A DNA stretch of 64,000 nucleotides from Octopus sinensis. Its lineage: Eukaryota. Positions 54,108 through 64,000 of the stretch are shown piece after piece. The translations under genes and the position numbers were made by a program. The DNA is taken from NCBI RefSeq assembly GCF_006345805.1, contig NC_043012.1, forward strand, positions 10,106,001-10,170,000. Direction: 5' to 3'. How positions within the stretch are numbered: position 1 is the stretch's first letter; each line of letters opens with the position of its first letter. Below the pieces are notes generated by a model that worked only from the letters and a program-made list of their open reading frames with translations, did no database searches and was not told where the DNA came from.

Positions 54108-54355
54108 TAAAAGCAATTAAGATTCAAGTGAGTTCTGTTGAATTCACATGAATGCGGTACTTAACTTAGATGCACCAGAAATCTATATGGTATTAACCAT
54201 AAGATAATGCGGGGTGATTATAAACAAGAAAAAAGCAACAAAAATGGATCAGTATTTCGGTACAATTGTTTCATACGAAGACCAGCTTTATTAAGGCTGC
54301 AAATATTGCAGCAAATACAAGTGACCCGTACTCATCAGCCGAAAACACATCTGAG

Positions 54356-54358
<3 letters not shown>
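54108..54358 (-). mobile_element. Solo terminal fragment of a related PLE subfamily
   Basis: Reverse complement aligns with ~3005-3255 of the large PLE (shared TTATAATCACCCCGCATTA, GGTGCATCTAAGTTA, CTTGAATCTT blocks); (TA)n on both sides. Confidence 0.85.
54255..54344 (-). ncRNA. Type I hammerhead ribozyme, homolog of the PLE HHR
   Basis: Minus strand: TTTCGG-CTGATGA-GTACG...CGTAT-GAAA-C AATT G-TA/CCGAAA; inner hairpin GCTGCAA-TAT-TTGCAGC. Confidence 0.88.
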
Positions 54359-54407
<49 letters not shown>

Positions 54408-54882
54408 TTGTATTTCGGGATGGTCTTTTTATTTTGCCAAATAAACAGACGCACTATACATTCGTTCTTCACTCGTTAATTACTGTTCATTATGCGGAAC
54501 TCTATCGTCACACATCTATGACCTCTTCAGCAATTCTTTCCGTCTTGGTGCGTGCCCTTGTTCCACTTATTCCATATATACTAATGGCGAAGCGTGTTCG
54601 GTCGAAGCGTCTTAACAGATGAGGTAACGAGAATTGCCGAAACTGACACGTCAGTATCACGAATTCTTCATCGGCACTTTTCGTACGATTATGGTCCCTG
54701 TTAGTGAAAATGTTTTCATTCATGCGCGTTAACTACAGAATTAGAGTAGTTCAGCTCTTATTTCTAGCAATGTGTGTGTTTCCTAATACCCTTGTCACAT
54801 TTACTGACAATTATAATTCTCCTTTTTGATGAAATATTGCAAACTGATGTTTATATTGATTTTATTCTTACACACACACATA

Positions 54883-55140
54883 TCTATTATATAAAATCCG
54901 TTCTGTTTGTCTGTGTGTGTGTCTTCTAGGATCTCGGGCACCCTCCATCCGATTGCGCTCAAATTTGATATATAGATAACGACGGTATCAGGGCGTCTAT
55001 AAGTCTTGAAAAAATTACGAAAATCGATTCCAGGTGAGAATGCGATCGATAAAGTGAATAAAATCGTTTTTATCTGGAATAGAAAAAAAGTCTATCATTA
55101 TTCCTTTTTTTGCTGGTGTCTGAAATTTAGGTTAAATCAG
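54883..55140 (+). mobile_element. Helitron-like 5' fragment
   Basis: A|TCTATTATATAAAA, GTTTGTCTGTGTG, CCGATT...AAATTTG layout like the other two elements; no 3' end found. Confidence 0.55.
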
Positions 55141-55249
55141 TGTTTCTCAAAGGGGAGGCTTACGGGACGGTCGGAGAAGTTGTTTTGAGAGAATTTGGTT
55201 AAAATGTCTGACAACTCAGCACCGTCCATTGGGCGTTTTGCTCGTATCT

Positions 55250-55633
55250 CTTTTACTCTTTTACTCCTTTACTTCTTTACTTGTTTCAGTCATTTGACTG
55301 TGGCCAGGCTGGATCACCGCCTTTAGTCGAGCAAATCGATCCCAGGACTTATTCTTTGTTAGCCTAGTACTTATTCTATCGGTTACTTTGGCCGAACTGC
55401 TAAGTCAAGCGATGTTGGGGGGGGGGGGCAAACACAGACACACAAACACGCACACACAGATACACATATATACGACGGGCTTCTTTCAGTTCCCGTCTAC
55501 CAAATCCTCTCACAAGGATTTGGTCGGCCCGAGGCTATAGTAGAAGACACTTGCCCAAGGTGCCACGCAGTGGAACTGAGCCCGGAACCATGTGGTTAGT
55601 AAGCAAGTTATTTACCACACAGCCACTCTGCGC
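55250..55633 (-). mobile_element. SINE family C
   Basis: Reverse complement alignment. Further partial copies at ~22490-22580 (+), ~51805-52000 (+) and ~60470-60745 (-). Confidence 0.88.
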
Positions 55634-56391
55634 CAATAATATATATATACATACATACATACATATATATATATATATTATATATATATATATTATATAT
55701 ATATATATATATATCAGCAACAATATTAATGTATATATATTTCATTAAAGTAATCTATAAGAATGTAAAGAAAAAGTTACAAAAAATAAACACGTTATTG
55801 TAACAAAAGTACAAAATAATAGCATTAGACAGTATTGAAAGGGAAGAATAAATAAACACAGATAGACCTTGTTTTAAAAAAAATAATTAGCTGATTGACG
55901 ACAATGAAGAATTAATTTCACACACATAGAATGCTTAAAAAACCACAATACCAAATTTTAAATGATTGGCAGTTATCCAATATATTTAAAAAATCACGTA
56001 GTAAAATATATTGTAACAGAACATAACATTTTGAATACTTTTCTCAGTTGACTATTCAAAGCTTGCACGTGTATGTGGAAATCAATAAAAGTCAGTAAAA
56101 CAAATCTTTATAGGTATATTGTGTAAACCACAAGGGTAATTAGCAAATAATTTACAGGCCGGATGAATGGTACGCTCTAGGTCATGTGCAGAGTGCATAA
56201 TTTAATAGTAATCTTCTCGCGAAGTTTCGAGGAATGTGTAGATATATGTGTACGTATGTGTGTATCATATGAGTATTTATACATCTTTACCTGTATATAA
56301 TTAAGGTGACTATTAAACAGGGTCGCTACACTGACGGTTAGATTGCTCTCCACCGAAATTTTAAATCTCACCTGGGTAAACTATACCTTTT

Positions 56392-56715
56392 ATTTCGTCT
56401 GCCGTTACGTTCTGAGTTCAAATTCCGCCGAGGTCGACTTTGCCTTTCATCCTTTCGGGGTCGATTAAATAAGTAGCAGTTGCGCACTGGGGTCGATACA
56501 ATCGATTTATCCGTTTGTCTGTCCTTGTTTGTCCTCTCTGTGTTTAACCCCTTGTGGGTAGTAAAGAAATAGTTATTTCGCCTGCCGCTACGTTCTGAGT
56601 TCAACTTCTGCCGAGGTCGAGTTTGCCTTTTATCCTTTCGGGGTCGATTAAATAAGTATCAGTTACCCACTGGGGTTTATGTTATTTATTAATCCCTTTG
56701 TCTATCCTTGTCTAT
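56392..56715 (+). mobile_element. SINE family B, two head-truncated tandem units
   Basis: Both units start at TATTTCG(T/C)CTGCCG. Confidence 0.88.
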
Positions 56716-56753
56716 CCTTTATTGCTCCAAGAAATAAAAAAATATCAAGTTTC

Positions 56754-57310
56754 ACAGGGTCCCTCTGGTTGGAATTGTGTTTGATAATTGAATCATTAAA
56801 TAAAATGTAGCATCAACACTCCAACCATTTTTGGTAGTAAAGTGTGTAACTTCAACACATCTCACCAGATTCCTCTGGCTGAATATCGGCTTGCTACCCA
56901 CTCCTCTTAATTGACAGCGCAGACTATCCTCGGAAAGGAACATTTCAAATTACAGCGCTTCAAAAAGCGGTGGACGAAACAATTTAAAATTTGAATCTTA
57001 TTATGCCTTAGTTGCCGTACACATTTAGTCGAATTCTGTCAATAATATTCTAGTACCCTTTCTTGCTTTGTAATTATGTTCGTAGTCTTCCAGAACGTTA
57101 CTTCAGGATATTCTGAACAGTTCCACTTGCTTCAAACGTATCTCCAATTCGAGTTGAGATCAATGTAATCGAAGTTGACTCAAACGTCCTCCTAAACGCT
57201 TTTCGCACCTCGACTACATTTTCAAATTTTAAGTAGCATTTTAAGTTAAAATTCCCCGTTTCAAAACTTAACCCGGTCTCTTTCATGATTTCTGATGGAT
57301 TAGATTTAAA
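56754..57310 (-). mobile_element. Decayed Tc1/mariner-superfamily remnant
   Basis: YLKFENVVEVRKAFRRTF...RIGDTFEASGTVQN N-terminal motif; terminal CACAGGGT-like TIR at 56754. Confidence 0.5.
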
Positions 57311-57362
57311 AGGAAATCAAAACACTCAAACACACACACATACACACGCACACACAAGCACA

Positions 57363-57405
<43 letters not shown>

Positions 57406-57898
57406 TTGTTTAATCCTTTAGAAGGTATTGAACGATTAATACGTAGACGTTCTATCTTATTCCACAAATTTGCATGAAGTTTGGAATAATCTTGAATCAC
57501 TTGTGTACTATAAAACTGACTGAAATTTCCAGTTACATCCGAGCACAAAGACAAATATACACATAGTCAGACACACATCACCACAGACACAACACACACA
57601 CATACACAGTAGCGTGAACATGCATACAAATATATAAATATATAACGCTGTTTGTATCCCAAGTGTGCTTATTCATTTAAAAGTTAAATAGGGATTAAAT
57701 ATGTCCTTTGCTTGGCTGAATACTTGACAAATTTAATTAAACGACTTTGCATTTATTGTAATTTGGAATCAATATCTATTAATGTGCTAATTAATGCTGT
57801 TCTGCGTTTGCTCTAGCCATTCCTATTATGGGATTCGAAATAGCTGTCACCTCTTAAAAATCCTACGCTGCCGGACGCTGCCCTTAGTCCAGCATGTA

Positions 57899-59954
57899 TA
57901 AAATGACTAATCCAATCAGATCCGAATGCAAATATTCTAAATGCAACGCTAAACTTTAACGTTCACATACATCAATCTTATTTTAAATCCAACAAATTAG
58001 CAATATACATCAACAGAACACCAGCATCTGATTACAGTCGTAGAGTAAATTAACAGAAAACGTTAACAGCTGTATATCCAACATCCTATGAAAACGAGAA
58101 ATCTATAAAAATACAGCTTCCCGCGACAATAACGCTTTAGCTAGAATTAATTTAAACATCCATTTTAAATATATAGCTCTACCCTTACTACATAACTTGC
58201 AACAATTATCCACAAAGTTTGTTCAATCTTTATATTGAAAAGGCCAGACCTCCCCACCGAACAAAATTTACAACAAAATTCTGTTAAGACTAATTAATGC
58301 TGCATGTAGCATGTCAGGTAACAAATCTCAAATCACAATGAAAATCTTCTAACACGAAACACCTACTCACGTGAAAATCCAAACAGATGCATTTTCAATA
58401 GAAAATGCGATATAAAAGAAGCATTATAGGAAGAATAGGTACAGGCTGGAGGAGAGTAACAAGGGATATACTACACGCCCATTCATTAAGTCTACCGATT
58501 TGTGTAACGTCACATTCCATTGCAAATGTATTTGTTTTCTTAAAGAGCAGAATCGCCCCTACTCCTAAATGGATACAAAATAGTACAAGTTTGATTGAAG
58601 CTTTAAAATGCGTTACAGCATTAATAGATTTGGAAGTACAGACTTGTCGAGACAAAAGCAAAACCACGATTTAAGAAGATATTTTACTGAATTTTGAATA
58701 TTATGACGACGTCTACTAGAGAAGCCATGTACAGTGTTCCTGTCAGAAAATAATATATTTTCTTACATGCAACTTGTAACAGAACGTTACCAAGGAAACC
58801 TTAGCTAAAACTAAACTAAACTCACAACTGTTCAATCGACTTAAGTGCACATTTTTGCATTGAGGTGAAGAGACATTNNNNNNNNNNNNNNNNNNNNNNN
58901 NNNNNNNNNNNNNNNNNNNNNNNNNNNNNNNNNNNNNNNNNNNNNNNNNNNNNNNNNNNNNNNNNNNNNNNNNNNNNTAAAATGACTAATCCAATCAGAT
59001 CCGAATGCAAATATTCTAAATGCACGCTAACCTTTAACGTTCACATACATCAATCTTATTTTAAATCCAACAAATTAGCAAATATACATCAACAGAACAC
59101 CAGCATCTGATTACAGTCGTAGAGAGTAAATTACAGAACAAAACGTTAACACTGTATATCCAACATCCTATGAAAACGAGAAAATCTATCAAAAATACAG
59201 CTTCCCGCGACAATAACGCTTTAGCTAGAATTAATTTAAACATCCATTTTAAATATATAGCTCTACCCTTACTACATAACTTGCAACAATTATCCACAAA
59301 GTTTGTTCAATTTTATTGAAAAGGCCAAGACCTCCCCACCGACACAATTTACAACAAAATTCTGTTAAGACTAATTAATGCTGCATGTAGCTGTCAGGTA
59401 ACAAATCTCAAATCACAATGAAAATCTTCTAACAACACGAAACACCTACTCACGTGAAAATCCAAACAGATGCATTTTCAATAGAAAATGCGATATAAAA
59501 GAAGCATTATAGGAAGAATAGGTACAGGCTGGAGGAGAGTAACAAGGGATATACTACACGCCCATTCATTAAGTCTACCGATTTGTGTAACGTCACATTC
59601 CATTGCAAATGTATTTGTTTTCTTAAAGAGCAGAATCGCCCCTACTCCTAAATGGATACAAAATAGTACAAGTTTGATTGAAGCTTTAAAATGCGTTACA
59701 GCATTAATAGATTTGGAAGTACAGACTTGTCGAGACAAAAGCAAAACCACGATTTAAGAAGATATTTACTGAATTTTGAATATTATGACGACGTCTACTA
59801 GAGAGCCATGTACAGTGTTCCTGTCAGAAAATATATATTTTCTTACATGCAACTTGTAACAGAACGTTACCAAGGAAACCTTAGCTAAACTAAACTAACT
59901 CACACTGTTCAATCGACTTAAGTGCACATTTTTGCATTGAGGTGAAGAGACATT
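57899..59954. repeat. ~980-bp direct duplication flanking a 100-N gap (probable assembly artefact)
   Basis: 57899-58877 and 58978-59954 are near-identical, differing mostly by small indels; the N run 58878-58977 lies exactly between them. Confidence 0.9.
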
Positions 59955-60185
59955 TTTTTTTTAGTTGATCTTTAATAGCTTATATATGTTGCTGCCTGTT
60001 ATCCAATGAAGTAGCGTGTTGCCAGAGACATCTGGTGTTAAAACATGATTTTCTTTATAGATTAGCAGAACTGTGTGATCGATCGAGAATATGCGAAATC
60101 CAAAGTAGCGACATGAAGCAGTAGTTAGATATAGCTATACGGTACACCATGTACTACTATATTTCTAGAGTATATATATATATAT

Positions 60186-60280
<95 letters not shown>

Positions 60281-60311
60281 TATACATATATATATTATAT
60301 ATATACACATA

Positions 60312-60359
<48 letters not shown>

Positions 60360-61049
60360 ATACTTATATATATACACTCACGCACATATATATGTATATA
60401 TATATATATATATATAAACTCTTTTTCTCTCGTGTGTGTGTGTGTGTGATTGTATACATATTCTGTTATTCTTTTACTTTTTTTAGCCATTTCACTGCAG
60501 CCATCTTAGAGCACCACCTTGAGGAGTTTTAGTCAACGAACAAATCTGCCCCAGGACTTATATTTTGAGCCTACTACTCTTTTGCCGAACAGGTAAATTA
60601 CGGAGACATAAGCATATCAACACCGGTTGTGAGGCGTTGATGGTGGGATGGACACACACACACACACACGCACACACACAGATATATAAATATATATACG
60701 ACGGGGTTTCAGATTCTGTCTGCTAAATCCACTTAAAGGAATTTGTTCAGACTTTTCAAGGTAGGCCGCCAGGGTTGGCGGCTAAACGAATAAGAATGCA
60801 AGAGTTATGGAGCGGACACGATAAGATTCCGGCTACATGTATTTCATAGCGAGTGAAACCTCGGAAGTGGCAAATATTCAAGCGACAATTTAAACTTTCA
60901 TTTAATCAAGATATCCGTGGCCTGAAAGTAGCCTGCTGATATTTACTCCGAGATCCCGCTCGCTCTGAAATATATGTAGTCCGGACCTATCTACACCACT
61001 CCTTAACTATTCAGCAATAAGATATATATATTATATATATATAATATAT

Positions 61050-61098
<49 letters not shown>

Positions 61099-61117
61099 GT
61101 ATGTATGTATATATATA

Positions 61118-61784
61118 TCTCTCTCTATATATAACGGCAGTTTGTCTGTGCGTGTTTTCTGTGTGTCTGTTTGCTTGTACCTTCACCCTGACCACGGCTT
61201 TCAAACCGATTCTGATGAAACTTGACACACACATAGCCCAATGTCATAATTCAAAACTACGCAGCGAAAATTTTGAAAAGTTCCCCACAGTTCTGAAAAA
61301 AATCGATAAAATTCGACATGGGTCCAGATCGAAAACCAAACTGTCTAGACGCAACTCCACCTTTTTTAACTAAAAAAAATTTACCACCACCATTTTTTTT
61401 GCCAGTTTTTGGCTATACTCTCTAAATCTTTATAGTTTATTTCCCTTAAAACCTAAGCAGCATATAAATATATACTCTCTATATATAAACGGCAGTTTTG
61501 TCTTTTTGTACCTACCCGGGCTTTCAACCGATTCAAACTGACCACACATTGATAATTCAAACTAACGCATAAAATTTTGAAAAGTTCAGTTGAAAAAAAT
61601 CGACGACAGGGTCCAGAATCAGAAACACAAACTGCTAGGGGACGCAACTCCACCTTTTTAACTAAAAAAAAAAATTTACCACCATTTTTTTCCATTTTTT
61701 TTGCTATTTTTTGGCTATAACTCTCTAAAAATGCTTTATAGTTATTTCCCTTACAAACCTGAGCAACGCCGGGCGATACTGCTA

Positions 61785-61785
<1 letters not shown>
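61118..61785 (+). mobile_element. Non-autonomous Helitron-like element
   Basis: 5' A|TCTCTCTCTATATATAA; 3' hairpin CCTGAGC AAC GCCGGG then CTAG|T; internal degraded duplication from ~61475. Confidence 0.75.
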
Positions 61786-61859
<74 letters not shown>

Positions 61860-61861
61860 CA

Positions 61862-62275
61862 TAGGCGCAGGAGTGGCTGTTTGGTAAGTAGCTTGCTAAC
61901 CAACCACATGGTTTCCGGGTTCAGTCCCACTGCGTGGCATCTTGGCACGTGTCTTCTGCTATAGCCCCGGGCCGACCAATGCCTTGTGAGTGGATTTGGT
62001 AGACGGAAACTGAAAGAAAGCCTGTCGTATATATGTATATATATATATGTGTGTGAATATGTTTGTGTGTCTGTGTTTGTTCCCCTAGCATTGCTTGACA
62101 ACCGATGCTGGTGGTTTACGTCCCCGTTACTTAGCGGTTCGGCAAAAGAGACCGATAGAATAAGTACTGGGCTTACAAAGAATAAGTCCCGGGGTCGATT
62201 TGCTCGACTAAAGGCGGTGCTCCAGCATGGCCGCAGTCAAATGACTGAAACAAGTAAAAAGAGTAAAAAAAAAGA
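61862..62275 (+). mobile_element. SINE family C (tRNA-derived, CORE-like domain, internal microsatellite)
   Basis: GGCGCAGGAGTGGCTG.TGGTAAG head, GGGTTCAGTCCC B box, CTTGG(G)CA.GTGTCTT domain, internal (TA)n(TG)n, tail GACTGAAACAAGTAAAA. About 13 copies in the window. Confidence 0.92.
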
Positions 62276-62327
62276 GAAACGAGTATATATATACATATAC
62301 AAATATATGTGTATATATATATATACA

Positions 62328-62360
<33 letters not shown>

Positions 62361-62458
62361 GTGTGAGTGTGTATGAATGTATATAATGACGAATAGATAT
62401 ATAGATTAATAGACAGACAGATAGATAAATAGTTAGAGAGAAAGATAGTTAGTTAGAG

Positions 62459-62545
<87 letters not shown>

Positions 62546-63435
62546 CAGATAGAGAGACAGACTCTTGAGTATCCCACGTTTGTGATGTGGTTAGCTCTTC
62601 GGATTATGTATAGGTACGATCAATACAAACTTTTCCACTGATCTTCAGTTTCCTCTAGTTACAATCACTATACTACGGCAATATTTATTAACATTTAACA
62701 CTCAAATAATATACGACCCTAGCAAAATATTACCCGTTCGTGATTGTTATACGTAAAGTAATAATACATCCACTAAAACCACTTAGTTCAGGTGTAAACT
62801 CTGCAATTTAAACTAGCATTACAGAAAACTATCTATAAACAGCAGAACATCACAATAAGATAATGGTAGGATTAATTATGAAAATGGCCGCAGTAATTAT
62901 ATCATATGAAACAAAATAACATTAAGAAGACAGGAAAGCAACACATCCTCTGTGAAATAGAAACAAGATCTGTTCACAGATATGTATACACACAAGGATA
63001 CGTAAACAACACATGTCCAATTATATGACTGATCTACATTCACGTTACGGGACTAATTGTTTTAATAGTGTTAGCTTAATTAATGAAAATATAATTAAAT
63101 AACGTACTACTGACCAAATGCGTTCATAATTCTGTTCCTAATTGTAAACATTTATTAGCGCTGATCTCTCGAGGTCCAGCTGTCTACGCTTTCCTGATGC
63201 GAAGACAATATGAAGCGGAAAACATAGTCACGCTGTAAAACAAAACACTAATGGGAAAAATTCAACAGACGATGTTACTTCGGAAATTGCCGCGGTTGGT
63301 ATGAGACTTTAGTAGCGAAGAATGTAACCAACAGGAAATATTTCCAACGAAAAGAAAATTAATACAATTTACTTCTTATTCTACACACTGCGTGATACAT
63401 TTTACGCGCACATTACAAACACATATGCAGACAGT

Positions 63436-63499
<64 letters not shown>

Positions 63500-63638
63500 C
63501 ACACACACACAGAGAAACGCACATGCATATATGTATATGTAAGCACGCACACATACACCTTATATAAATATGTGGGTATATATCTATCTATCTCGCTCGC
63601 TCTCTCTCTGTATATATATATATATAGATATATATCTA

Positions 63639-63680
<42 letters not shown>

Positions 63681-64000
63681 ACATACATACATACATACAT
63701 ACGTACATACATACGTACATACATACATACATACATACGTACATACATACAGGCTAACATTATATTGCACAGGACTACGATTTGTCTAAACATGTCATGC
63801 GGTAGAACATATTTTCATTCAAATGCTTATATAAAAGAAACAGTTCCATCACACTACCGCAAAAATTGAGATAGCATTTCTCTGCATTTTAACCGCCAGT
63901 TACCCTCTCGTATTTACTAATCTGTCAACATAAAAGGTTGTTTATCTTATATGAGAACATATTTATCTCTATGGATCGGCCTTCCAGTAAATAGCTGTTT

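Noticed and set aside
54500-54690. CTGAAGA/CCGATGA motifs with nearby hairpins on the minus strand; ORFs 54266-54622 and 54508-54723
   Set aside because: GAAA and stem I are missing, and the ORFs have no recognisable homology.
58496-58564. Possible 69-nt phase 1-1 minus-strand exon (GVGAILLFKKTNTFAMECDVTQIG)
   Set aside because: Weak donor (GTAGAC), no recognisable domain and no partner exons found.
57899-59954. Apparent tandem gene duplication (identical 89/90-aa ORFs at 58395-58674 and 59478-59757)
   Set aside because: The two copies abut a 100-N gap and differ mainly by indels, which is the pattern of unmerged overlapping contig ends.
61475-61740. Degraded internal duplicate within the Helitron-like element
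   Set aside because: It differs from the first copy almost only by deletions, which is more consistent with a low-quality consensus or local slippage than a distinct feature.

Overview
AT-rich animal genomic DNA made almost entirely of repeats: (TA)n/(CA)n/(TAGA)n/triplet microsatellites, several tRNA-derived SINE families, LINE remnants (RTE, RTE-X, R4/Dong-like, CR1), Tc1/mariner remnants and Helitron-like non-autonomous elements. The repeat landscape suggests an octopod cephalopod (inference, not verified). No host protein-coding gene, rRNA or true tRNA can be supported, and most listed ORFs are microsatellite read-throughs. The main intact element is a near full-length Penelope-like retroelement (PLE; RT plus GIY-YIG, 2167-7731) with ~965-bp direct terminal repeats. 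The most interesting signal is at the RNA level. Nine type I hammerhead ribozyme (HHR) or HHR-derived motifs from about six sequence families can be folded by eye, most with very short palindromic stem III and most in inserts sitting in TA-type microsatellites. One family shows compensatory base changes between in-window copies. One ORF-less 479-bp HHR unit is arranged as a partial tandem plus an inverted copy (25432-26474), consistent with a non-autonomous mini-PLE or retrozyme-like element. All structures were derived by manual inspection; no folding program or database search was run, and many repeat boundaries are approximate.
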